Positions 24,182 to 34,913 of a stretch of DNA of 35,703 nucleotides are shown in pieces (the first letter of the stretch is position 1; every line of letters begins with the position of its first letter). Origin of the DNA: a virus. Taxonomy: Duplodnaviria > Caudoviricetes. The DNA is taken from the IMG/VR virus record IMGVR_UViG_3300032218_002627, positions 1 through 35,703 of that record; one strand, 5' to 3'. The position numbers and the translations under genes were made by a program. The notes beneath the pieces were generated by a model. That model was not told the origin of the DNA. It did no database searches and saw only the letters and a list, made by a program, of their open reading frames with translations.

Positions 24182-27109
24182 CTACTGTTTTCTTGTGGCT
24201 ATTTGATCGCTGATTGGCTCTGATCTCTCAGACAATGATAGCTTCATTGAACCAGACTTGGAACCTTTAGAAATAATCTGTCCTCTCGCCTCTTGTTCGT
24301 TTTGTTCTTTATTTGCCGTAGCACCAGCAATTTGCTGCAAAGTTTGTTGGGTTCTTGCCAATTGTCCGGGTGCCATTGAGCTATCAAGAGGCATGCCAAG
24401 AAACTTGGATAGAGATACCCTTCTTTGAAACGGAAGCTCAAGTTTTCCGTGGGCCATAATGTTAGTCATTTCTGTAGCTATTTGGCCCTTCACATAATTA
24501 AAATACTCAGGGAAAACCTTGCTAATTGCCTCAACCGTTTCTGGCAAAATATAGTTCGCCTTGATCTGATCTAAAAGCACGTGAGGATTATCAAGCGCAT
24601 CGTAAAACCTTACGAATTGAGCTTTTTTAACGTCACTTGGCTCATTTTTGCCGTCAAATATATAGTTCATGGGCATTTGAGGTATTTTTGACGCAAGAAA
24701 GTTTGTCGCATTGACCGTTGCTTCGTGAACAGCCTGAGTGATCTTTGGAGCAAAGACAGATAAATGCTCGGTATTTCTTTGCAACATGTCCATCATGTCA
24801 GAACTATTTTGAGAATATTTCTTAATTGTTGAAACAGCTTCTTTATATCTTTCGTCCGTTTCTTTTTTGTTATGAAGGATAATCGGAGCGGCAGCCTTTA
24901 CACCCCAATTCTTTTTATCAAAAAGATACTGAGCCGTTGCATCGACCGATTTAACAGTGCCGGATGAAATCTTTTCAACGGTTGATAAGACCTTAGCAGC
25001 TGCAACTGGGTCTGTTGCCGCCCTAGCAGCAGCCATGCCAGCACCCTTAGCGCCGCCTAAGATTGATCCCCAACCAATGTCGCTGATATATCCCTGTCCG
25101 CCAAATTTAGATGCCACATAGTTTTTTGAATTAATCGCATTGTCGGCGCTCTTAGTGATTAGGTCCTTAATCTCTTTTGCCGGGAAAGTGTGGCCTGGTG
25201 CATTTACATAACCAGCTTCTAACTGATCAATTAAAGGACCGGCAGCTTTCCACATATTATCAAGGGCACGCCTAGATAATTGGGTACGGTCACTATTAAT
25301 CATGTTCATAAATGTGTTCATTTTTACATTACCGAACACCCATACATTTTTTTCTACTTCCTCCATTAATTTTTTACGAAGATATGAACCTTTCCCAGTG
25401 GCTTTAATCCAATCAGTAACAGCGTTGTTGAGTGATGCTTGGCGCGCTGCCATCTCACCCCAACTATTTTGATTTTCAAGAGTTGCCCTAAGAGCTGACC
25501 GATACCCTTTAAGAACTTCAATAGTATTGGCATCAGCATAACCAATATTTTTCTTATCCCACTTTATAATTCCGTCTAGTTCACGTTTAAATTCATCAGC
25601 TGCCCTATAAGCACCAGCGCCGGATTCAGCCTTAAGAGCATTTGAAGTCACCCTTTCAACTGCATCATTAAACTTTGAAACCATGGCCGGTGAATACTGC
25701 ACTTCTTTTTCTTTGAATTTATTTAAAACGCCTTCGCCAGCAGAAATGATTGGCTCAAGAGCGTCAAGGGCATCACCATGAGGCATATTGCCAAGCAATG
25801 TTTCGACTTCAAGTGGTCTGGCGTTTTCATAAAATTTCTTAACGGAATTTTCGACAGTAGTATAAAGAGTATCTAGCTGATTTCTAATGAAACCAATTTG
25901 CTTGGTCTTAGCTGCAGGACTAAGCATGATTTTGCTTGTGTCCATTTGCTGAGCCATGGATTCAATAATCTCAGAGTATTCTTGACCACTCATTGCAGCT
26001 TTTACATTCGCTGCAGCCTTTGTAAATATTCCTGGAACAAACTCAGGATCTCTTGGGGATTTTTCAAATGGCCCAAGCTCGCGGTCTGGCGGCGGAATAG
26101 TTGGAGGCGGCACTTCTCCAGGAGCAAAACCAGTATTGATCGGCTTTTCCGCAAATGCCGTTTTTGCCTGTTCAGGATGAGCGAGCTCGGCAAGTATTCC
26201 TTCAGGATTAGCAATGTTGGCTTCTGGCTCAAGCATACCTGGCGGCAAAGGCTCTTTAGGACCAACACCAAGCCTAGAAACAGCAGCGGCATCATTGGCA
26301 GCTGATGGAACAAATTTGCCAAGAATAGATTCTTTGATGCCGTTATAAGCAGCTCTAGCACTTCCAATTGTTTTTTGGATACCTGCGCCAATAGGAACTA
26401 AAGAAGCGCCAAGAATACCGCCGTACATTGCTCCGGTGCCAACTTTGGCAAGCATTTGCTCAGCCGTTAGCTTTGAATCACCCAGCGCATCCTCAGAAAT
26501 AATGTCGCCAACACCATAGGCCGCACCTTCAATTGCGCTGCCAAGCCCCTTGGCTCCTGTCTTAAGGGCAAGTCTACCTAGTGCCGATTCAGCTACTATG
26601 TTTGGTAGTACTTTAGATGCCGCGCCAAGTAGGGCCTTTTCGCCAGCATATACTCCGCGACTAAGAAGTCCTCCCGGACTAAACGGAATCAAAGAGCTTC
26701 CGAGTATGCCGGTAATGTTACCGGCCATGCTCAAATCGGGATTATATTCAGATCTCTGTCTCAGACCTTCTTTAGTCGCTAAGCCAAGCTGTGGAAGGGC
26801 AATATCAGAACCGCCAAAAGTAGCACCGCGCAAAGCACCAGCACCAAATGTTTTAAGCTGTTCTATTGGCTTTTCAAGTCTAGCAGCCTTGCTAAGGCCC
26901 ATAAGCTCAGAAGGCTCTGGGATTCTGTAGCCCATGTTGCCAATCTGATCTGAAATATCTTTGGCCGGAGCTAATTCCAATTCATTCTGAGGGCTCATTA
27001 CTACGCCGTAACCTTCTGGCGGAGCATGGCTGCCAGAAGCTAAGGCTCGAAGTCCCTCGTCATAAGATAATTCTTCAGCAGCGCCTGTATTTGTATTAAC
27101 TAGCTGCAT
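24182..27109 (-). CDS. Large internal virion/ejection protein
   Basis: 975 aa, helical, with Gly/Ala-rich semi-hydrophobic segments (GALRGATFGGSD); third large gene after the nozzle. Confidence 0.65.
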   Translation of the reverse strand: MQLVNTNTGAAEELSYDEGLRALASGSHAPPEGYGVVMSPQNELELAPAKDISDQIGNMGYRIPEPSELMGLSKAARLEKPIEQLKTFGAGALRGATFGGSDIALPQLGLATKEGLRQRSEYNPDLSMAGNITGILGSSLIPFSPGGLLSRGVYAGEKALLGAASKVLPNIVAESALGRLALKTGAKGLGSAIEGAAYGVGDIISEDALGDSKLTAEQMLAKVGTGAMYGGILGASLVPIGAGIQKTIGSARAAYNGIKESILGKFVPSAANDAAAVSRLGVGPKEPLPPGMLEPEANIANPEGILAELAHPEQAKTAFAEKPINTGFAPGEVPPPTIPPPDRELGPFEKSPRDPEFVPGIFTKAAANVKAAMSGQEYSEIIESMAQQMDTSKIMLSPAAKTKQIGFIRNQLDTLYTTVENSVKKFYENARPLEVETLLGNMPHGDALDALEPIISAGEGVLNKFKEKEVQYSPAMVSKFNDAVERVTSNALKAESGAGAYRAADEFKRELDGIIKWDKKNIGYADANTIEVLKGYRSALRATLENQNSWGEMAARQASLNNAVTDWIKATGKGSYLRKKLMEEVEKNVWVFGNVKMNTFMNMINSDRTQLSRRALDNMWKAAGPLIDQLEAGYVNAPGHTFPAKEIKDLITKSADNAINSKNYVASKFGGQGYISDIGWGSILGGAKGAGMAAARAATDPVAAAKVLSTVEKISSGTVKSVDATAQYLFDKKNWGVKAAAPIILHNKKETDERYKEAVSTIKKYSQNSSDMMDMLQRNTEHLSVFAPKITQAVHEATVNATNFLASKIPQMPMNYIFDGKNEPSDVKKAQFVRFYDALDNPHVLLDQIKANYILPETVEAISKVFPEYFNYVKGQIATEMTNIMAHGKLELPFQRRVSLSKFLGMPLDSSMAPGQLARTQQTLQQIAGATANKEQNEQEARGQIISKGSKSGSMKLSLSERSEPISDQIATRKQ

Positions 27110-27116
27110 TACTTTA

Positions 27117-29180
27117 TCACCTCAGTTTAACATTACCTTTGACGGTTTCTGCAGGAGCGGTTGCCGGTACATTCTGCTGGAAGAATGAATTTCTTTGATC
27201 TTGCATGGCTTTTTTGAGCATACGCACTTTTAAAAGCTCGTCTTTGGTAATTGTAAATGGGTTAAAGTCAGGTGTTGTTGATTTAAGGAACTTTTCAACA
27301 TTACCCCTGAACCCAGACAAGTTAAGAACTTGCTCAATGTTTGGCATAACAAGCTCTTCCAGCTTTTTACGCTCAGCAAGCTCATTGGCATTTAGTATCG
27401 GCTTGGCATAGGAATACTTTGGATCGGACAAAATTTGTTCTGCGCGATTTAAAAGACCTTCAGTAAATCTGTATTGCTCAATTAGTTTATTGCCTCTTTC
27501 TGCCGATTGCGGAGTATTAGCGACAAAGAAATTGTTTCCATCCGGACTAGCCACAAGTTTTGACTGGGTGTCTTTATCAAGCATCGGAACAAGCGTGCGT
27601 GGAATGCCGTTTGGATTTGTAACAATGTTTCGCATCATCATCATTTGCGCCAAAGGCTGCATTTGCTGAAGCATCATGTTTTTAATCTGACCAGACTGCA
27701 CCTGATAAGCAGCCTCAGCTTGCGGGCTTCCAGATTCAGCTGCAGACTTTGCCAGCTGTGCGTCTAGCATAGAAAGCATGTTGGCTTTTGTCGCCATGGT
27801 AGCTTGTGCAACATTGTTATATTTTGCCATGTTCATAGACAAAAGATTCATGTTCTTGCCAAGCTCTGCGCGTTGCTTCTCCATGTCTTTTTCAACAATA
27901 TTATTAATAACGTCGATAGCAGGATTTGTGCGAGCGCCAGTAAGTCCTTGGCTTAGTCCGCCAAGCAACACAGATATACCGGCAATAATGTTGTTTGCCG
28001 TGCTTTTATGAAAAACTCTAAATGGATCAATCGTTCCATTCATTACTCGTGTTTTTAACTCAGCATTTTCATCATCCAAATTTTTGAAGTGAAATTGCAT
28101 CATTTGATTGGCCATGTCTAAGCCAGCATATGCATTGTTGTATGCATTAGCTGCAGCGCGAGACTTTTGACCTTCAGCTTCCGCAGCTGTTTGATATCCT
28201 TTATTGATCTGATCATATGCGTTCATAATCTGTTGGGGATATTCCATCAGATTCATGGCATTAAACGATGGTTGTGCTTCCTCTGCTGGTGGACCAGCTA
28301 GTTCTCTTGATGCGCCAGCCTGTTGATTTGCAAGTCCCTTAGCATATTGTTGCGTTTGCCTTAGATATGCTGGTTGACCTTTTTCCTCGGCTAATCCTTT
28401 TCCTTGCGCCGTTTCGCCGGTAATCGTTTGCTTTGGAAGTGTTGTTGCAATCAAGCCAGCATTAGAACCTGCTTGCTGCATATTGCCGCCAAGCTCTGGA
28501 AATTCAGGAGCCCGTTGCTCCATGCTCGGAGGCATTTCAAGGTTTAAAGGATTTTGCGGAGCACCTTGCGGTGTTATGCTCGTATCAACAGCAAATGGCT
28601 CGGTAGTTTTAAAAGGTGACTGCGGGATTTCTTCTTCTTTAAATCCGCCAGTTTTCGATGTTTTGTTATATGCCTCAATCGCTGCTTTAAGTTTGTCGGC
28701 AGCTTTGGTTTGTTCCGGAGATTCAGCTTTATACTTTTGTGGCTCTACAGCTAGTTTTTCGCCAGTAGGAAAAAAGTTTGCGTCATTGACGCCAGCTTGT
28801 TCAGGTCCAGCTTCTGTCTGGGATGGCCATGCCATCGGCGGATGCCAGCCAATTGGCATATACTGCGAACCTTCGGATTGACCCATTTCTTGCTCTGGAT
28901 CGGGAACCGGAAGTCTCGGCCTTTTTAGTGCTTTGGCTGCTAGGGCAAAGCTTGGGCTTTCTTCTTGTTCATCACTACCTTGATTAGCAGCATCACTTAT
29001 TAATTCTTCTGTGCTGTATCCGGGAAGCTCAGCACGTCCGCCTTCGGCAAACTTTTTGGGCAGTGCTTTGATTTTTGCAAGCGTTCCCTCATCTAAGCCA
29101 GCTTTGGCAATTGGGAAGTCTGATTTTCCATCATGAACGATAAAATGATTATCCGCTTCGCTAACAAATTTGTATTTCAT
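27117..29180 (-). CDS. Internal virion/ejection protein
   Basis: 687 aa, Q/A/M/N-rich helical protein with one hydrophobic stretch (IIAGISVLLGGL). Confidence 0.65.
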   Translation of the reverse strand: MKYKFVSEADNHFIVHDGKSDFPIAKAGLDEGTLAKIKALPKKFAEGGRAELPGYSTEELISDAANQGSDEQEESPSFALAAKALKRPRLPVPDPEQEMGQSEGSQYMPIGWHPPMAWPSQTEAGPEQAGVNDANFFPTGEKLAVEPQKYKAESPEQTKAADKLKAAIEAYNKTSKTGGFKEEEIPQSPFKTTEPFAVDTSITPQGAPQNPLNLEMPPSMEQRAPEFPELGGNMQQAGSNAGLIATTLPKQTITGETAQGKGLAEEKGQPAYLRQTQQYAKGLANQQAGASRELAGPPAEEAQPSFNAMNLMEYPQQIMNAYDQINKGYQTAAEAEGQKSRAAANAYNNAYAGLDMANQMMQFHFKNLDDENAELKTRVMNGTIDPFRVFHKSTANNIIAGISVLLGGLSQGLTGARTNPAIDVINNIVEKDMEKQRAELGKNMNLLSMNMAKYNNVAQATMATKANMLSMLDAQLAKSAAESGSPQAEAAYQVQSGQIKNMMLQQMQPLAQMMMMRNIVTNPNGIPRTLVPMLDKDTQSKLVASPDGNNFFVANTPQSAERGNKLIEQYRFTEGLLNRAEQILSDPKYSYAKPILNANELAERKKLEELVMPNIEQVLNLSGFRGNVEKFLKSTTPDFNPFTITKDELLKVRMLKKAMQDQRNSFFQQNVPATAPAETVKGNVKLR

Positions 29181-29183
29181 GTC

Positions 29184-30374
29184 TTACTTCCTATTAGCGC
29201 GGGCTTTTAAAACTTTAGTGTAGCTTGCTTTATCGTCCCAATCGTCTAGTGCATCTAAGAATTTCTTAGCCTTATTTTTATCAAATGCCGCACTTCTTGG
29301 GATTACAATTTCGCCGGGAGAGAGTTCGGCACTTACAGTGTCATTTTGGTAACTATCTCCAGCTTTTTCAGCTACTCCACCAATTCGTCCGCCTTCTGCC
29401 GCAGCTACAGCTGCTGCTGCAGGTACTTCAGCGCCAGCCGCTCCAGCTTCACCCGCTCCAGCTTCACCCGCTCCACCTGCTGCCGCCGTTCCACCTGATT
29501 TAGGAGTAAGGGCAGCAGCTCCCATACTAGCGCCGCCTCCAATTAAACCGCCAAGGATTTGACGCTGGCTTGCAAGGTTAGATGCGGCAATGTTTGCATT
29601 AGTGTTAGCAATTCCAGCTGCGATTTGTCCTTGTCCAAGAGCATTTTGAACATTCTGCCCTTGAGCTGTTCCAAATGCACCAGCCAAGGTATTTAGATAA
29701 TTAAGGTTTGCACCAGCTTGACTACTGGCTTGAGTATTTCCAAGCCCTGTTATTGCGTTGCCTAGTGTTCCAAGATTAGATTCAGCGCCAAGCTGTTGCT
29801 GAAGACCAAGGTTTCCAGCTTGCGCTGCAGTTTGCTGACCAAGATTTGCAGATTGTTGGGCAATCAATTGTGCCTGCATTGCAGGATTAAGCCCGCGCTG
29901 TGACAATACGTTTGATTGAACACCTTGAATGTTTTGCTGTAATCCTTCCTGCATTAGTCTTTGGGCCAAAGTTTGACCTATGCCTGTTCCTGCAGCTTCT
30001 GATTGCAATTGAGGAATCAGACCAAGTAGGGCATTTCCACCAGCAGAAGATAATGGATTTGCGTTGTAGTTTGGAACATAAGCGCCTTGTCCAAGTCCAA
30101 CTTGGTTTTGCAATGCTTGAGCAAATGGATTGCTGACTTGAGTATTTGGAACAATGCCTTCAGTACCAATTTTTTTGACGCTTTGGGATAAAATCCCGCC
30201 AGCGCCTTGACCAGTCACAGCATCAGAAACTTGTGTGCTGACTGGCTTTTGGCCAATAATTGTTGGAAGCTCATTTGCTCCTCCACTCAGATAGTCAGAT
30301 AAAACTCTAAAAGGCTGTTTTTTTAATTCATCAAAAGTTTTTGCTGGATTCCACTTTGTATACTTATTAGCCAT
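29184..30374 (-). CDS. Ejection/pilot protein with C-terminal GG...LSPGE module
   Basis: Q/G/N/A-rich; LGGLIGGGASMGAAAL; AEGGRI...NDTVSAELSPGEIVIP. Confidence 0.65.
   Translation of the reverse strand: MANKYTKWNPAKTFDELKKQPFRVLSDYLSGGANELPTIIGQKPVSTQVSDAVTGQGAGGILSQSVKKIGTEGIVPNTQVSNPFAQALQNQVGLGQGAYVPNYNANPLSSAGGNALLGLIPQLQSEAAGTGIGQTLAQRLMQEGLQQNIQGVQSNVLSQRGLNPAMQAQLIAQQSANLGQQTAAQAGNLGLQQQLGAESNLGTLGNAITGLGNTQASSQAGANLNYLNTLAGAFGTAQGQNVQNALGQGQIAAGIANTNANIAASNLASQRQILGGLIGGGASMGAAALTPKSGGTAAAGGAGEAGAGEAGAAGAEVPAAAAVAAAEGGRIGGVAEKAGDSYQNDTVSAELSPGEIVIPRSAAFDKNKAKKFLDALDDWDDKASYTKVLKARANRK
29438..29475. repeat. 15-bp coding tandem repeat (about 2.5 copies; GAGEA units)
   Basis: CCGCTCCAGCTTCAC twice, then CCGCTCCA. 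Confidence 0.8.
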
Positions 30375-30377
30375 ATA

Positions 30378-33300
30378 TCACCCCACTGATTGAGAAGCTG
30401 GAAGCTTGTTAAGACCTCTTTTAAGACCTACTTCAAAAGACATTGCCGATATGCTGTAACCTTCTCCGATTGTTCCTGTGGAAGAATCAGACAAAGTAAA
30501 TTGCATGGAGGTACATTTTTGCCGAGCAAGAAAAACCCGGTATTCAGCCTGGTAGGGACCAATTGGGGTAATGTTGCTGGTTTGCTTAATTGTCGGATCA
30601 AAGTCATAAGCAATTTGTACAGTCAAAGCATGCGGAGATAAATATTCGCCAAGTAGCATGAGTTTATAGATGCGAGTAAATCCCTGAATTGGAGCAAAGT
30701 TAAACCAGCTGGTGACCATGCTTAGCTGAATGTATGAACCGGCATCGGAATAAACTTCGGGTGTTTCCTCGTATATTCCGCCAATGGCAGTCAAATAAGT
30801 GTAAGTATTTTGGAATACCGTTGCCGATATACCAGGATGATTGTCGTAAAGTGACCACTTCTGAATGAAATAATCGTAAATAAGAGCAGTGCCATTGCTT
30901 AAAAGAAATCGAACATGGTTGTAATTTGGATAAAGCGTGGCGTTGTAGACATCATAATTATTGTAAGCTTCAACAGCTGCGCCGATATATGCAATGGAAA
31001 GCGATCTGTCTAAAAGGCAAATGCCTTTATCCGACTTAAACATGATCCCAAGCGATGTCGAAACAATGCTGGCTTGAGATATAGCTCCGATATCGACGCT
31101 GATATATTGAGGCGGGGAAAAATAGTTGTTAAGCCCAGCTGGATCGGGACCTTGACCAGTTAAAACAAAAATTGCATTTCGTTTAAAGACAATAAGCTTG
31201 TCATCGAGCGTTGATAAGCCAGTAATTTCACCGCCAAGACTGTCTATTTGACCAGTCAACAAATTGGAAAATTCTACTGGCGATTGGCTTGTAGCAATTT
31301 GCTGAGAATACCAATAGGTAAGCGGATTGTCGGAAGGTACGACAAATAGTCTGTTGTTGAATATCGCACTGCAAAGAGGCGGAGGGCACGGAGAGTTAAT
31401 AACTTTGCCGCCGGTTGTATAAAGCTGAAAATATCCAGTAAGCACTGAATCTGGCACGTTATCAACAATGTCTACAGTATCAAAAGCATCATCTTGACCA
31501 TTAGAGTTAATAATATTTTGAGAATTAACAAGATAGCTGACTGTTCCGCCGTTTGTTGTTCTGTAAAGCTCAACATGAATATTGATTTTTTGTGTTAAGT
31601 GAAGCGTCGAAACACTTACGGTTACAGTGCTTCCGCTCGCTCCTGTTGCCGTTGTAGTTACTGAACTAGGCCCACTAATAGCACTTCTATGTGTGATTCC
31701 GTTATTATCAACCCAAGAAAATACAGCCGTATATGAATAAGTGCCCGCACCAATTTTATTGGTAGCTACTGCTCCGGTAGCAATTGAAGTGGTCGATATT
31801 TCTGGAGGCACATGAAAACCATGTTCAACAGATACGTTGCCGTCAAAATATTGGAGCTTCCCAACATTGACATGGAGGCCATTTGCAATCTCTTGAGACT
31901 GAACAGACTTGTGAAAATCGATAATCTCACAACCAAGTCCAGTAATTTGGTTTGTCGATATGTTGGAATAAGTAAAGGCCGGATTGAGAGTTAAAGTGTC
32001 TATCTCTAGGCCGGGATATATCCAAGCGTTTTGAGTAAGTAGTTTTGGGTTTGGCACATTTAAAATGGATGGCAAAACTTGTGCGCCATATGTGGCGTTT
32101 AGGCAATTGATGTTACCGGCATATCCTTGGCAAATTGTGCTAACAACTGTAGCCATATTAGCTAGCGCAGAATTTCCCGCTCCGAAGTTTTTAATTTGCA
32201 AGAGATAATTAGAGTTGATTGCTTGGCTTTGATATCCAGTAATCGCATATATATTTCCGTTTTCATAAAATACTTTTGACTGCAAAGACACATTACGCAT
32301 TTGCATTGTTCTTGTGCCAACAGCACCAGCAAGCGTCAAACTAACGGAATATGTTTTTCTTAAGTATGCCGGTGATGCTTCTGAATCAAAAAGAATGCAT
32401 GCCGTTGTCGTTGATGGAACGACAAGCGCAGTAATGTTTCGATTTGTTATGCCTGTTGCCAAAGCTCCGAGAGATGTTGGAGCAAGTATTTGGGTGAGAC
32501 TTGTATTGTATACAGCAGCTTTAAAGGCTGTCGATGTACCGCTCAGATATCCCCATGCGATCCAAAGATTTGTTCCTTCCGTAAATGCACAAATTGAAGT
32601 CTCTGCAGGACCAACCAACAGTACGGTTTCTGCTGATATTGTTCCGCTACTGTCAATAGTCTTAACAGCAATGTTGCTTCCGCCGGTGCCATTGGCAGTC
32701 GAATAAACCACATAGGCCGTGGTGCCTATGGTGACAACATCATAAGCATAGCCTTTTTGACTGATAGTAATAGTTGATGTGGAATATGTTGTGTCTGGAC
32801 TAATCGCACTAAATTTTATGTAACTTAAATATGGGCCTTGAAGGTCTGAAAAGAATATGAAGAAATTATTACCAATCAGCCTTACCTGAACCCCACCATA
32901 TGGAGATATTGACCCAAGTGATTTTTGGATAATTATATTGTTTTGAGAATCAACAATGGTCCAACCAACATATTTATATGAACCCAAATATGAATAAACA
33001 TACGCATAGCAATAAAGATTGCTCGTTGGACAATATGCAACATCGGGGCTTTGAATAGACTCCTGAGATATTGCTCTGGTGATGTTTTGTCTTTGTATGT
33101 TTGTGGGTATTACTGCGCCATATCCATCAGCGCCGGTTGTGTATGCCGTAGAATTTCTATTCCATCCAATCAGCTTGTCTTTGTCTTTGGAATAAGAAAA
33201 CGTGCCTTTGCCGTCCAATACCACAAGCTGATTTTGAGAGTGAAACCCAGCAACATGAGATCCAGAGGTAATTGAGATTGGCGTTGGTAAATTTAAAGAG

Positions 33301-33476
33301 TTGTAAATAGAGCTAGATAAAAGTTTGTATCCATATCTTTTTCTGATCTCACCAGGAGACTGATACCAACCGTTAGTTAGCTGCAGCATAGAACCGGCAA
33401 TTACTTGCTTTCTATCTGTCTTTGTTTCAATGCCGCCAGAAAAGATGACAGGCACATTTTGTTTTTGCAGTGTCAC
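30378..33476 (-). CDS. Tail nozzle/hub (P22 gp10/T7 gp12-like position)
   Basis: 1032 aa, beta-rich, FSGGI N-terminus, and propeller-like segments (NNRLFV, KLIVFK, LIYDY..KWS); follows the adaptor. Confidence 0.72.
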   Translation of the reverse strand: MTLQKQNVPVIFSGGIETKTDRKQVIAGSMLQLTNGWYQSPGEIRKRYGYKLLSSSIYNSLNLPTPISITSGSHVAGFHSQNQLVVLDGKGTFSYSKDKDKLIGWNRNSTAYTTGADGYGAVIPTNIQRQNITRAISQESIQSPDVAYCPTSNLYCYAYVYSYLGSYKYVGWTIVDSQNNIIIQKSLGSISPYGGVQVRLIGNNFFIFFSDLQGPYLSYIKFSAISPDTTYSTSTITISQKGYAYDVVTIGTTAYVVYSTANGTGGSNIAVKTIDSSGTISAETVLLVGPAETSICAFTEGTNLWIAWGYLSGTSTAFKAAVYNTSLTQILAPTSLGALATGITNRNITALVVPSTTTACILFDSEASPAYLRKTYSVSLTLAGAVGTRTMQMRNVSLQSKVFYENGNIYAITGYQSQAINSNYLLQIKNFGAGNSALANMATVVSTICQGYAGNINCLNATYGAQVLPSILNVPNPKLLTQNAWIYPGLEIDTLTLNPAFTYSNISTNQITGLGCEIIDFHKSVQSQEIANGLHVNVGKLQYFDGNVSVEHGFHVPPEISTTSIATGAVATNKIGAGTYSYTAVFSWVDNNGITHRSAISGPSSVTTTATGASGSTVTVSVSTLHLTQKINIHVELYRTTNGGTVSYLVNSQNIINSNGQDDAFDTVDIVDNVPDSVLTGYFQLYTTGGKVINSPCPPPLCSAIFNNRLFVVPSDNPLTYWYSQQIATSQSPVEFSNLLTGQIDSLGGEITGLSTLDDKLIVFKRNAIFVLTGQGPDPAGLNNYFSPPQYISVDIGAISQASIVSTSLGIMFKSDKGICLLDRSLSIAYIGAAVEAYNNYDVYNATLYPNYNHVRFLLSNGTALIYDYFIQKWSLYDNHPGISATVFQNTYTYLTAIGGIYEETPEVYSDAGSYIQLSMVTSWFNFAPIQGFTRIYKLMLLGEYLSPHALTVQIAYDFDPTIKQTSNITPIGPYQAEYRVFLARQKCTSMQFTLSDSSTGTIGEGYSISAMSFEVGLKRGLNKLPASQSVG

Positions 33477-33485
33477 TGTGAACCC

Positions 33486-33863
33486 TCAGAAGATGAAAAT
33501 GTCAACGGAACATGACGCGCTTGAGGTTATCAGCAATGTTTTTGTAGGCGTTAGATTAGCGTCTTGAGTATCAAAAAATGTTGCCGCACTTCTTGCTCTA
33601 ATTATAAGCCAGCCGGTAGGAGCGTATCCAAGGTTATGCGTAACGATATTAGAGCCTGTAACCAACGAAACCTTGGAAAAGATTTTCCCTTTGAGGAAAG
33701 TTTTGGCAAATGCTTGATTAAAATTAATTAGAGCAAGAAGAGGATTGATTGCATCGGCAATATTGTTCTGAACCTGATTCAGAAGCCTGTCAGAGCTTTG
33801 AACCTGAGTAAACGTAGTGGTTACAGAAGTTGATATCGATTTTGCTGCTGGAACCAACGGCAT
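33486..33863 (-). CDS. Small structural protein
   Basis: VTHNLGYAP fibre-type motif; between adaptor and nozzle. Confidence 0.65.
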   Translation of the reverse strand: MPLVPAAKSISTSVTTTFTQVQSSDRLLNQVQNNIADAINPLLALINFNQAFAKTFLKGKIFSKVSLVTGSNIVTHNLGYAPTGWLIIRARSAATFFDTQDANLTPTKTLLITSSASCSVDIFIF

Positions 33864-34591
33864 CAGTAAGTACCCCAGTTTGTTCCGCTACCAGAGCCAG
33901 TGGGGAACCAAAAGTCGCTGTATAGGTTATCAGACACCTTAGCTGGGCTTCCAACGTCCCTAGATTCTGCCATGGCTTCAATGCGTTTAATCAACATTTG
34001 CTTTTCGGCCATCAGCACTGACACATCAGATTCTTCTTTTTGCATGCATTTCATTGCAGCATCGCAAATGATGTATTCGGTCCAACCACTGATACCGTCA
34101 ACGGTGTCTGTATCAGCAGATAGCGTAGTCATGCGCGGGATATACCAAAGCCTTATGCGCTGATTGGCTGCAGGGATCGGAGTAAACCAAATTTTATCGC
34201 CATTAATTCTGTAACGCAGGTTAGTCAGACCATAAAAGCTTTGAAAGTTTGGCACGGCATATCTGTTGCGGTCGATAAACTCAAAAGGCCTGATCGTAAC
34301 GTAGCTATCAGCCGATGTGCTTAGACCAAGATCAACACCCAATAGCTTATAAAAAGCTGGACTAGTTGGCAGCGCATACTGATCTGTTGTGCCGTCGGTT
34401 GTAATGAAATATGCGGGGGCGACATAATAATTATCGCCGTATTTGCTTATCAGCAGATCATATAGCTCAAAGTAGCTTTGGTTGATGTAGCTATTGAGTT
34501 CCGCATCAGTGACAAACTGGCTATTCACCATGTCAGCACGTTGACGTGTTGCGGTTCTTAAATCAGCCAGTGTTAAAGTTGTTGCCATCAT
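33863..34591 (-). CDS. Head-tail adaptor protein
   Basis: TLADLRTATRQRADM...DAELNSYINQSYFELY...YALP...IWFTPIP pattern; position after the capsid genes. Confidence 0.75.
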   Translation of the reverse strand: MMATTLTLADLRTATRQRADMVNSQFVTDAELNSYINQSYFELYDLLISKYGDNYYVAPAYFITTDGTTDQYALPTSPAFYKLLGVDLGLSTSADSYVTIRPFEFIDRNRYAVPNFQSFYGLTNLRYRINGDKIWFTPIPAANQRIRLWYIPRMTTLSADTDTVDGISGWTEYIICDAAMKCMQKEESDVSVLMAEKQMLIKRIEAMAESRDVGSPAKVSDNLYSDFWFPTGSGSGTNWGTY

Positions 34592-34603
34592 TTCTCCATC
34601 TAG

Positions 34604-34637
34604 AAAAAACGGCAGGGCATCTTAAACACCCCGCCGT
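34604..34637 (-). terminator. Intrinsic terminator
   Basis: ACGGCGGGGTGT/ATGCCCTGCCGT stem followed by TTTTT. Confidence 0.7.
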
Positions 34638-34659
34638 AGCCCTTAGACCTTCCGGACAC

Positions 34660-34911
34660 CTAATAACCTTCTTCGCCTTCTTCTTCTTCCTCGTATTCCT
34701 CGTGTGGCTCGGAATCCACCTTCAGGAATATTGCCTTCACTGCGTCATAGGCAGCCATTGCGTCTTTGGCTTCCAATGCATCTAGCAGTTCTTGCCCAAG
34801 TGCTTCGCATTCTTCATCATCAGCCGGTTGCTCAGCTTTTTCCTCATCAGGATAGCCATGCATTTGACTAATAATGATCGTAGCTGCTTTTTTCTTGTCG
34901 GGGATAATCAT
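34660..34911 (-). CDS. Small very acidic protein
   Basis: 83 aa with a poly-Glu tail; GGGGA RBS. Confidence 0.7.
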   Translation of the reverse strand: MIIPDKKKAATIIISQMHGYPDEEKAEQPADDEECEALGQELLDALEAKDAMAAYDAVKAIFLKVDSEPHEEYEEEEEGEEGY

Positions 34912-34913
34912 GC

